The notes below the pieces were generated by a model that searched no databases, was not told the DNA's origin, and was given only the letters and a program-made list of their open reading frames with translations. Made by a program: the position numbers and the translations under genes. Shown here in pieces: positions 50,434-58,594 of a stretch of DNA of 64,000 nucleotides. The stretch is from Mycobacteriales bacterium. Lineage in GTDB: Bacteria > Actinomycetota > Actinomycetes > Mycobacteriales > SCTD01. Within the stretch, counting starts at the first letter, position 1. Each line of letters starts with the position of its first letter. The DNA lies in NCBI GenBank assembly GCA_040902655.1, contig JBBDWV010000017.1, forward strand, positions 62,509-126,508, given 5' to 3'.

Positions 50434-52310
50434 CTGGGCAACCTATCCGCGGGCGGTGCGGGGCACACGTCCTGCAGCCGACCCAGGGCGCGCGGGCGGG
50501 GCGCAGGGCCTGCCCCCGGCTCGCGCGCCGGCCGCGCCAGCGGGCGCAGGCCGCGCCGGTCATCGAACGGGTGAGCGGTCGCCCGCGCCTGCTGCGCCGC
50601 CTCCAGCCAGGCCCGCCGGCCGCCGGCGCCGAAGGCGGGGGAGGCCCAGGTCCCGTCGAGGCGGACCAGCCGGGTGCCCGGCAGCTCGAGCCAGCGCAGC
50701 ACGGACTCCACCTCCTCGGCGGTGGCGGCGGGCAGCGGCCCCGGACCGGGCACGACGGTCTCGGCGGTCGCCAGCAGCGCATCGACGTACGGCCCGGGGC
50801 GGGCGCCACGCGGAACGGTGCCCGCGGCGACGAGCCGGCCGGAGCGGACGACGGCCAGCTCCCAGCCCAGCTCGGCGGTCGGCCGGGCGGCGACCAGCTG
50901 CGTGACCGCGGTGAGGGCAGCCAGCCGCTGGAGCTTGGCCACCGCGCGGACGAAGGCGGTGAGCCGATCCCGCTGGGCGGCGGCGTCCTCGAAGCGCTCG
51001 TCGGCGGCGAGCGCGCGGATGCGGGCGGTCAACGTGTCCACCACCGCCGCCGGGTCGCCCACGACCGCGGCGCGGTAGGCCGCGGCGTGCGCGGAGTAGG
51101 CCTGCACCGACTCGCCGTCGTCGGCGCCGCGGCAGGGGGCGCCGCAGCGGTGCATCTCGGCCAGGACGCAGGCACCGGTGGGCCGGCGTGGGGAGATCCG
51201 CGTGGTGCACTGGCGCAGCGGCAGCGCCTCGTGGACGGCCGCGACGGCGAGCTCGGCGGTGGCGGCGCGGCCGAACGGCCCGAGGTAGAGCGCCCCGTCG
51301 TCGAGCACCGCGCGGACCGTGGACAGGCGCGGGAAGGCCTCGACCGTCAGCTTCACCCAGATCGCCTTGTCCGGGCGCTTGCTGCGGCGGTTGTAGCGCG
51401 GGCTGTGCTCGGCGATGAGCCGCAGCTCGCGGACCTCGGCCTCCAGGGCAGTGCTGCAGACGACCGGGTCGACCCGCTCGGCGAGGCCGACCATCTCGGC
51501 CATCCGGCTACGGGTCTCGCTGGCGGTGAAGTAGGTCCGGACGCGGGTGCGCAGGTTGGTGCTCTTGCCGACGTAGAGCACCTGCCCGCGGCCGTCGCGG
51601 AACAGGTAGACGCCGGGGGCGGTCGGCAGCGCGTCGGCGAGGTGGCGCTTGCGGCGCTGCTGGGGCGTCACCTGGGCGGAGAAGGTCCGCAGCTCCTCCA
51701 GGCTGTGCACGCCGAGGCCGCCGAGCCGCGCGATCAGGCCGTGCAGGACGTCGACGGTGGCCCGCGCATCGGACAGCGCCCGGTGGTTGGGCGTCGTGGT
51801 GCTCCGGAACAGCGGCGCGAGGGTCGACAGCTTGCAGTTGGGCGCCTCGTCGCGGGTCAGCACCCGGCGGGCGAGCCGGGCCGTGTCGAGCCAGTCCGGC
51901 GCCGGCCAGAGCAGGTCGAGCCGCTCACAGCCGGCCTCGAGGAAGCCCAGGTCGAACGGCGCGTTGTGGGCCACCAGCACCGCCCCGCGGGAGAACTCGA
52001 GGAAGGCAGGCAGGGCGGCGTCGAGCCGCGGCGCACCGGCCACCATCGCATCGGTGATGCCGGTCAGGACGGCGATGAACGGCGGGATCGCCTGGCCCGG
52101 CCGGACCAGCGTCTGGAACTCGCCGAGCACCTCCCCACCGCGCACCTTCACCGCACCGATCTCGGTGATCTCGCAGGCGCGGGCGGAGCCGCCGGTGGTC
52201 TCGAGGTCGACGACGACGAAGGTGGTCTCCCGCAGCGGGGTCCCCAACTCGTCGAAGCTCGCCTGGACGGGAAGCTGACGGGGGACGGTCGGTGGTGGTG
52301 CGGCCGGCAT
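50430..52310 (-). CDS. DEDD 3'-5' exonuclease (DnaQ-like) fused to a GIY-YIG (UvrC N-terminal-like) domain, Rv2191-like
   Basis: FVVVDLETTGG, VAHNAPFDLGFL, HRALSDA, then PGVYLFRDGRGQVLYVGKSTNLRTRVRTYF. Start is ATG 52310 or 52370. Confidence 0.88.
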   Translation of the reverse strand: MPAAPPPTVPRQLPVQASFDELGTPLRETTFVVVDLETTGGSARACEITEIGAVKVRGGEVLGEFQTLVRPGQAIPPFIAVLTGITDAMVAGAPRLDAALPAFLEFSRGAVLVAHNAPFDLGFLEAGCERLDLLWPAPDWLDTARLARRVLTRDEAPNCKLSTLAPLFRSTTTPNHRALSDARATVDVLHGLIARLGGLGVHSLEELRTFSAQVTPQQRRKRHLADALPTAPGVYLFRDGRGQVLYVGKSTNLRTRVRTYFTASETRSRMAEMVGLAERVDPVVCSTALEAEVRELRLIAEHSPRYNRRSKRPDKAIWVKLTVEAFPRLSTVRAVLDDGALYLGPFGRAATAELAVAAVHEALPLRQCTTRISPRRPTGACVLAEMHRCGAPCRGADDGESVQAYSAHAAAYRAAVVGDPAAVVDTLTARIRALAADERFEDAAAQRDRLTAFVRAVAKLQRLAALTAVTQLVAARPTAELGWELAVVRSGRLVAAGTVPRGARPGPYVDALLATAETVVPGPGPLPAATAEEVESVLRWLELPGTRLVRLDGTWASPAFGAGGRRAWLEAAQQARATAHPFDDRRGLRPLARPAREPGAGPAPRPRALGRLQDVCPAPPADRLPR

Positions 52311-52412
52311 GGGTCGGACGGTAGGCGTGGCCTGCGACAGGACCTGGCTGCGACGCGCGGTGTGGGCCACACCTGCTCGGACGCCACGGGCCGGTGACCC
52401 GGGCGCCTGGGG

Positions 52413-54083
52413 TCAGAGCAGGCCGCGGCCGCTCACCAGGCCGCGCAGCACCAGCCCGACGCCGACGACGATCACGATCCCGGCCGTGGTGACGGGCAGC
52501 AGGCGTACGAAGGAAGCAGCCCGCCCGCCGGTCCAGCCGCGGCGGTCGAGCACCGCCCGGGCGCGCAGCAGGAGCAGCCCGGCGGCGGTGAGGGTGACGG
52601 CCATGCCGAGGCCGTAGCCGAGGACCAGCAGTACGCCGAACAGCGGCCGGCCCAAAGCGTTCGCGCTGAGCAGCACCAGCAGGGCCGACGGGCTGGGGAC
52701 CAGCCCACCGGCGACGCCCATGCCGGCCAGCGCCTTCCAGGACAGCGGCCCGTCCGGCAGCGGGGCATGGGTGTGCGTCCGGCCGCCGTGGCTGTGCGTG
52801 TGGCCGGCGGGCGTGTGGCCGGCGTGTGTGTGGCCGGCAGGTATCTGCCCGGCGGGCCGGACTGCGACGGCCAGCCCGCCGGCGCCCGGCCCACTCGTGT
52901 TCTCGGTGCCACCAGCGGCGTGCTGGTGCGGGACGGCGGCACCGAGATCGGCTGTGGCGGCGTGCGGGTGACCGCGATCGTGGTCGTGTCCGCCGGGCTC
53001 ACGCGCCGCACGCAGCCGGCGCACCGCCAGCACCGCCAGGTAGCCGCCGACGGCGGCCAGCAGGACGCCGGACAGCACCTCGGTCACCGGCACCACCAGC
53101 TCGGGCGCGGCCAGCGCACCCGCTGCCAGCACCGCGCCCAGCGCCAGGACGCTGGCGGTGTGCGTGAAGGTCACCACCGCACCGAGCTGCAGCGCCTGCC
53201 GGCGGGTACCGCGCTGGCCGACCAGGTAGGCGGCCATCACCGTCTTGCCGTGGCCGGGCGCCATCGCGTGCAGCACGCCGAACAGCACGGCCGCGCCGAG
53301 GGACAGCAGCGCGAAGGCGGCCGTCAGGTCCGGCCGGGACAGGAAATCGGTGAAACCGCGGGTGAGTGAGTCGACACCGCGGGGCGCCACCTCGTCCTCG
53401 AGCCCCGCGGCCCCGGCCGCCGAGGTCGTGCACGCCGCGCCGGCGCGGACCGAGAAGGACGCCGTCGTCACGTCGACGGGGGAGGAGAGCAGGTCCTCCG
53501 GATAGCTCGTGAGCAGTCCGCTGGGACTGTCCGCTGGTACGGAGGACTCCTGCAGCGGACCGCACCGTGAACCTGCCGTGACCTCGCGCCAGCCGTTGCG
53601 GTCGAGCGCGACCGGATCGCGGAACGACACCGACGAGGTCGGACGGGCGGACCCGGTCAGCGAGCAGGTCAGCCGGGTGGTGGGCAGGCCGGCGGTGCCC
53701 GGCCGCGCCGCGCCGACCGATGTGGCGACGGTCAGCGGCACGGCCGCGCCGTCGACCTCGAGCGACAGCAGTGGCGCGATCCGCGCGCACTCCCGGCCGG
53801 CGTGCGCGGTCAGTTCTGCGGCCGACAGTGCGCCGTTCCCGTCGGTGTCGGCGCCCGCCCGGGCCTGGGCGAGCTGCACCGTCGGGATCTCGGCGAGGTC
53901 GACCACATGCGTGACCGCGACGCCCTCGGCGGTCACCACCAGCTGGTCGGCGGTGTTGACGGTGAAGTTGCCGAGCGGGTGCGCCGACGCCGGCGCGGCC
54001 GGCAGCAGGGCCAGGCCGACGCCGGCGACCAGGACCAACAGCGCACGCCTCGCCGCAGGCGAGCCGAGCAGTGCGCGCCTCAC
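52413..54083 (-). CDS. NicO/RcnA-like metal permease fused to an N-terminal extracytoplasmic domain
   Basis: Signal sequence ending in ASAHPLGNFTVN, EF-hand-like DTDGNGALSAAE, permease motif HAMAPGHGK, His-rich loop (HDHDRGHPH...AGHTHAGHTPAGHTHSHGGRTHTH). Confidence 0.75.
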   Translation of the reverse strand: MRRALLGSPAARRALLVLVAGVGLALLPAAPASAHPLGNFTVNTADQLVVTAEGVAVTHVVDLAEIPTVQLAQARAGADTDGNGALSAAELTAHAGRECARIAPLLSLEVDGAAVPLTVATSVGAARPGTAGLPTTRLTCSLTGSARPTSSVSFRDPVALDRNGWREVTAGSRCGPLQESSVPADSPSGLLTSYPEDLLSSPVDVTTASFSVRAGAACTTSAAGAAGLEDEVAPRGVDSLTRGFTDFLSRPDLTAAFALLSLGAAVLFGVLHAMAPGHGKTVMAAYLVGQRGTRRQALQLGAVVTFTHTASVLALGAVLAAGALAAPELVVPVTEVLSGVLLAAVGGYLAVLAVRRLRAAREPGGHDHDRGHPHAATADLGAAVPHQHAAGGTENTSGPGAGGLAVAVRPAGQIPAGHTHAGHTPAGHTHSHGGRTHTHAPLPDGPLSWKALAGMGVAGGLVPSPSALLVLLSANALGRPLFGVLLVLGYGLGMAVTLTAAGLLLLRARAVLDRRGWTGGRAASFVRLLPVTTAGIVIVVGVGLVLRGLVSGRGLL

Positions 54084-55369
54084 CGCAGCGACCCCAGCAG
54101 GGCCTTTGCCTCGGGCGCGCGCAGCGGGTCGAAGTCCGGGTTCATCGAGAGCGCCTTCTGCAGCGAGATCCTGGCCGCGGCGGTCTCGCCCGCGGCGGCC
54201 TCGATCGTGCCGAGCCGGTAGTAGAGGGCCGGCGACGGCAGGCCGAGCCGGACGGCCTGCCGGGCGATCGGCAGTGCCTGCGCCGACCGGCTGGCCTGGT
54301 GCAGCGCCCAGGCATAGGCGTCCTGGGTGAAGATCGACAGAGGCCGCTTCGCGTGGGCCTTCTCGGCCGCGACGACCGCCGCCGCCGGCGTCCCGTGGTC
54401 GGCCTCGAACAGCGCCAACTCCGTGTCGACGTCCTGGCCGTTCGCCGCGAACAGCCGCTGGGTCGCGCGGACCACGTCGTACTGCTCCTGCGCCTGCTCG
54501 CTCTGCCCGGTCGCCTCGAGCAGTTCGCCGTAGGCGACGAGGAATTCGGGCGCGGGCAGCCGTTCGACGACCGTGCGCAGCTCGCCGAGCGCAGCGGTGG
54601 TGTCCCCCTGTGCGGCCAGCACCTTCGCCCGGCCGGCCAGCAGCGGCAGGTAGGAAGGATCCACCGAGAGACCGGCCTCGTACGCCGTCCTCGCCGCCTC
54701 GACGTCACCGGTGTTCCACGCGAGCTCGCCCAGGTAGTACTGCGCGAATGCCTTGTCGGCGGGCAGATTCGCCAGCTGCACCGCCTCCTCGAGTGCGGCC
54801 CGCGCGCGGTCGACGTCGCCGCGCAGTTCGAAGGCGTACGACGCGCGGCTGGAGGTGTCGGCGCCCGGCCGCAGGTCGGCCATCCGCCGCACGGCCGCGA
54901 GCGACTCGTCGTAGCGGCCGAGCTCGTTGAGGGCGTCGCTGCGGACGGCCCACGTCGTGGCGCTGTCGGGGTTGACGGCCAGCGCCCGGTCGCTGAGCGC
55001 GACTGCCCCGGCGAAGTCGTGCCGGGCGGCGGCCAGGGTGGCCTGACCGGTCAGCGCGCCGTCGTCCTCCGGCCGCAGCGCGAGTGCCTTGTCGAAGGCA
55101 CCCTCGGCCTTGGCGTAGTAGCTCGGGTCGGCGGTGAGCCGGGCCTGCTGTACATAGGCGCCGCCCAGGGCCGTCCAGCTGCGGAAGTCACCGGGGACGC
55201 GCTCGAGATCGGCTTGCAGCGCGGCGATCGAGCCGTCCGGCGCGACGTTGCCGGCCGGTTCGGTGCCGGAGGGAGCCGGCGGGCTGCCGGCCGCTCCCAC
55301 GGCGAGCAGCGCGACGGCGGCGCCGACCACGGCGGCGCCGGACAGCGCGCGGCGGGTCCACCGCTGCAT
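54080..55369 (-). CDS. Exported or membrane-anchored tetratricopeptide-repeat protein
   Basis: N-terminal hydrophobic segment, then repeated A-x-x-Y/A-L TPR-like helices throughout. 4-bp overlap with the downstream permease gene. Confidence 0.75.
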   Translation of the reverse strand: MQRWTRRALSGAAVVGAAVALLAVGAAGSPPAPSGTEPAGNVAPDGSIAALQADLERVPGDFRSWTALGGAYVQQARLTADPSYYAKAEGAFDKALALRPEDDGALTGQATLAAARHDFAGAVALSDRALAVNPDSATTWAVRSDALNELGRYDESLAAVRRMADLRPGADTSSRASYAFELRGDVDRARAALEEAVQLANLPADKAFAQYYLGELAWNTGDVEAARTAYEAGLSVDPSYLPLLAGRAKVLAAQGDTTAALGELRTVVERLPAPEFLVAYGELLEATGQSEQAQEQYDVVRATQRLFAANGQDVDTELALFEADHGTPAAAVVAAEKAHAKRPLSIFTQDAYAWALHQASRSAQALPIARQAVRLGLPSPALYYRLGTIEAAAGETAAARISLQKALSMNPDFDPLRAPEAKALLGSLR

Positions 55370-55517
55370 GGGTTCCTCCGGAGGTCGGCGTCGGTCGTCG
55401 CACTGCGTTCGTGCGAGCGGCGTCAGCGGTTGGGCCCATCCAAAAGTCCGTCCGGCGCGAACACCTGCCGGGTGACCGTTGCCCGGACCTGCTCGTCCTT
55501 CTCAACGTAGGAGCCTT

Positions 55518-57392
55518 ATGACCCTGCCCTCACGGCGAGCGGCGCGACGTCGCGTCCTCGCCATCCTCACCGCAACGGCGACCGCCGCGGGCGGCGCCGC
55601 TCTGCTCGGCCCGGGGACCTCCTCGGCGTCGAGCCACCGCGAGGCGCCGTACACGCAGTCCGACCCGGGCGCCGACAACACCGACACGTACGCCTTCGTG
55701 TCCCCGGACGATTCGAACAGCGTCACGCTGATCGCCAACTGGATCCCCTTCCAGGAGCCCGGCGGCGGACCGAACTTCTTCCCCTGGGACCCGACGGCGC
55801 GCTACGAGATCCACGTCGACAACAACGGCGACGCCAAGCCCGATCTCACCTACCGCTGGGTGTTCCAGGACGTCGACAACCGCGGCACGGCCGAGCGGGG
55901 CGAGAACGACGGGACGTTCCTCTACAACGACGGTCCGGTGAACTCCTTCGACGACGCCACGCTGAAGTTCAAGCAGACCTACTCGCTGCAGACCGTCACC
56001 TACAACGCGGACGGCACCGAGCGGCCGGGCGTCCCGATCGTGCCCGAGGGCAAGGTGGCGCCGAGCAACGTGGGCGTCGCGTCGATGCCCGACTACGTGA
56101 AGCTGCGCAACGAGGCCATCACGAACACCGTGGGTGGCGGCAAGGCCTACGCCGGCCAGGCCGACGACCCGTTCTTCCTGGACCTGCGCATCTTCGACCT
56201 GCTGTACGGCGGTGACCTGTCCGAGGTCGGCTACGACACGCTGTCCGGCTACAACGTCAACACCGTCGCGCTGCAGCTGCCCAAGAACCTGCTGGTCGCG
56301 AACGGCGACGCCGGCAAGAACCCGGTCATCGGTGTCTGGTCGACCACCTCGCGGGCCAAGACCCGCGTCTTCGCCGACAACAACGCGACGCCGACCACGG
56401 GGATCGACGACAGCAGCGACACCACGACCGACAGCGGCGACTTCGTGCAGGTCTCCCGGCTGGGCAACCCGCTGGTCAACGAGGCGGTCGTCCCGGCCAA
56501 CCTCAAGGACTTCTTCAACCGGTCCACCCCGGACACCGACGCGAAGTTCCTCGCCAAGGTGCAGGACCCCGAGGTCCCGATCCTCGTCGAGTCGATCTAC
56601 AAGATCCCGAACCCGAACAAGCTGGACAACGAGGCGGCCAAGAAGCGCAACGACCTGGTCGCGGCCTTCCTGACCGGCTTCTCCAAGGACGTCTTCGAGG
56701 GCAAGACCTTCGGCGGTGCGGGCAAGGGCGTGCTGAACGCCGACCTGAACTCGCTGGACCTCAACGAGGTCAGCCCGGACCCGGCTCCGGCCGAGTACCT
56801 GCGGCTCAACGTCAACGTGCCGCCGAAGTCCGCCGGTGATACGGGCTACAGCCGGCTCGGTGCCGTCGGCGGCGACCTGTCGGGCTTCCCGAACGGCCGT
56901 CGCCTGCAGGACGACGTCGTCGACGTCGCGCTGCAGGTCCTCGAGGGCGTGCTGGTCCGCCCGGACGGTGAGCTCAAGACGGCCGTCGCCGGACTGGGTG
57001 ACGCGGTGGACGCCAACGAGCGGGAGCGCCCGCTGTTGTCGACGTTCCCCTACATCGCCGACCCGCACACCGGCTCCGACCCGCGCAAGGGCCAGACACC
57101 GGTCAGCTTCGTGCAGAACTTCACCAGCGCGAACGGCGTCGTCACCGCCAACGCCACCCGCATCACCCCGGCGGCCAAGGGCGGCTTCGCCCAGCTCTAC
57201 CGGATCAACGCGGACGGCTCGAGCACCGGTCTCGGCTCCTCGGCGATCTCCGCCGACGGCACCGCGACCGTCAGCAAGCAGTTCCGGGTCGCCCCGGGCA
57301 CCCGCGTCACGCTGAACTGGCGCGTCTTCCCGGCCCGCGGCTCGGCCGCCCAGGAGAACCGCGGTATCCCGACCACCATCACGGTCAGGTAG
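55518..57392 (+). CDS. DUF4331 domain protein with Tat-like signal
   Basis: MTLPSRRAARRRVLAIL..ASSHREAPYTQSDPGADNTDTYAFVSPDD...WIPFQEPGGGPNFF matches my memory of the DUF4331 N-terminal signature. ATG 55518 after GTAGGAG. Confidence 0.8.
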   Translation: MTLPSRRAARRRVLAILTATATAAGGAALLGPGTSSASSHREAPYTQSDPGADNTDTYAFVSPDDSNSVTLIANWIPFQEPGGGPNFFPWDPTARYEIHVDNNGDAKPDLTYRWVFQDVDNRGTAERGENDGTFLYNDGPVNSFDDATLKFKQTYSLQTVTYNADGTERPGVPIVPEGKVAPSNVGVASMPDYVKLRNEAITNTVGGGKAYAGQADDPFFLDLRIFDLLYGGDLSEVGYDTLSGYNVNTVALQLPKNLLVANGDAGKNPVIGVWSTTSRAKTRVFADNNATPTTGIDDSSDTTTDSGDFVQVSRLGNPLVNEAVVPANLKDFFNRSTPDTDAKFLAKVQDPEVPILVESIYKIPNPNKLDNEAAKKRNDLVAAFLTGFSKDVFEGKTFGGAGKGVLNADLNSLDLNEVSPDPAPAEYLRLNVNVPPKSAGDTGYSRLGAVGGDLSGFPNGRRLQDDVVDVALQVLEGVLVRPDGELKTAVAGLGDAVDANERERPLLSTFPYIADPHTGSDPRKGQTPVSFVQNFTSANGVVTANATRITPAAKGGFAQLYRINADGSSTGLGSSAISADGTATVSKQFRVAPGTRVTLNWRVFPARGSAAQENRGIPTTITVR

Positions 57393-57413
57393 CCGCTCCT
57401 CTCTCCGCACGAC

Positions 57414-57452
57414 CCGCCGGGGCGGTCCCTGTACGAGGGGCCGCCCCGGTGG
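57414..57452 (+). terminator. GC-rich hairpin after the DUF4331 gene
   Basis: CCGCCGGGGCGGTCCC-tgtacga-GGGGCCGCCCCGGTGG, imperfect stem of about 14 bp, 22 bp after the stop. Confidence 0.4.
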
Positions 57453-57493
57453 CGTGCCACCCTGCCCCGTCCCCCCTTCCAGGAGTCCCCGCC

Positions 57494-57901
57494 GTGCGCC
57501 CGTTCACCGCCGTGTCCGCCGTCCTGCTCACCGCCGTGCTGGCCGGCTGCGCCGGCTCCGGCCCCGACGTGCCCGAGGAGTCGGCCTTCGCCGAGGGCAC
57601 CTGTCGCACCGCCGCGCCCGACGTACGGGCGGTGGGTCAGTCGCTCCCCGAGCTGGGGGAGGGCGGTCGCGTCGACCCGCAGGTCAGGGACGCCCTGCGC
57701 GAGGCGCAGGACCGGCTGGACGCGCTGGCGGACGGCGCCGAACCCGCGCTCCGGCCCGCGTTGACCGACCTGGTGCAGAAGATCGGCATCGTCCGGATCC
57801 GGGCCGACGGCAACACCTACGAGCCGCAGTTCGGCGACGGGCTCACCTCCTCGTACGCGCAGGTGGTCCAGCTCTGCACCGGTGCGGGCGCTGCTGGCTA
57901 G
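57494..57901 (+). CDS. Putative lipoprotein
   Basis: VRPFTAVSAVLLTAVLAGCAGS lipobox. GTG 57494 lies 8 nt after CCAGGAG. No recognised domain. Confidence 0.65.
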   Translation: MRPFTAVSAVLLTAVLAGCAGSGPDVPEESAFAEGTCRTAAPDVRAVGQSLPELGEGGRVDPQVRDALREAQDRLDALADGAEPALRPALTDLVQKIGIVRIRADGNTYEPQFGDGLTSSYAQVVQLCTGAGAAG

Positions 57902-57941
57902 GCTCGGTCCCTCCGTCCCGACTCGCTGATCGGTCTGCACG

Positions 57942-58190
57942 TTGCCCGTCCCCCAGCCAGGCCCCGACTCCCGCTGGCGCTGCACGCTGTGCGGCAACCT
58001 GACGCGCTTCGACGTCACCCGGTCCACCCGGGCGCAGGAGTACGTCCACGTGGACTTGGCGGGGCAGCAGGTCGTGGAGACGCGTGAGGTGTTGCACGAC
58101 CGGGTCGAGCACGTCGTCTGCCGGTGGTGCAAGGCGGTGGACGCGGTCGAGGTGGTCGGCCGTCCCGGGCTTGTCGGACCGCCCTCGTAG
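57942..58190 (+). CDS. Small zinc-ribbon-like protein (CxxC...CxxC)
   Basis: 82 aa with WRCTLCGN...VVCRWCKA. Strong G/C third-position bias. TTG start as given by the ORF track. Confidence 0.6.
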   Translation: MPVPQPGPDSRWRCTLCGNLTRFDVTRSTRAQEYVHVDLAGQQVVETREVLHDRVEHVVCRWCKAVDAVEVVGRPGLVGPPS

Positions 58191-58229
58191 GTGGTCGCCC
58201 GTCCCGGACTTGTCGGACCCCGCTCCTAG
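58152..58229. repeat. Two tandem 39-bp units duplicating the 3' end (including TAG) of the zinc-ribbon gene
   Basis: 58152-58190 versus 58191-58229: GTGGTCGGCCGTCCCGGGCTTGTCGGACCGCCCTCGTAG / GTGGTCGCCCGTCCCGGACTTGTCGGACCCCGCTCCTAG. Confidence 0.8.
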
Positions 58230-58277
58230 CGTCCGCCGGACCGGCACCACGCCGGCCCGACTTCCCCGGAGGACGCT

Positions 58278-58496
58278 GTGCTCATCGACTGCGACGGCTG
58301 CGCCGTGCGTGACCTGGCCTGTGGTGACTGCGTCGTCACCGTGCTGCTCGGCGCGCCCCCGGGCGCGGTGGAGGTGGACGACAGCGAGCGCCGCGCGCTC
58401 GACGTGCTGGCCGACAGCGGGCTCGTGCCGCGCCTGCGGCTGGTGCCGCTGGGGCCGCCGGGGCCGGATGGACAACGCAGGAGCCAGGCCTGCTGA
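58278..58496 (+). CDS. Small Cys-rich hypothetical protein
   Basis: 72 aa, MLIDCDGCAVRDLACGDCVV. Strong G/C third-position bias. Confidence 0.6.
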   Translation: MLIDCDGCAVRDLACGDCVVTVLLGAPPGAVEVDDSERRALDVLADSGLVPRLRLVPLGPPGPDGQRRSQAC

Positions 58497-58594
58497 GCGG
58501 GCGGCTTTTGCCAGCGCGCTTGTGATCCGGCCCCGCAGCCGCGAGACTCCCGGTCAGCCGGGACGCCCCCTGTCCCGGCGCGGACGGAGGAGCG

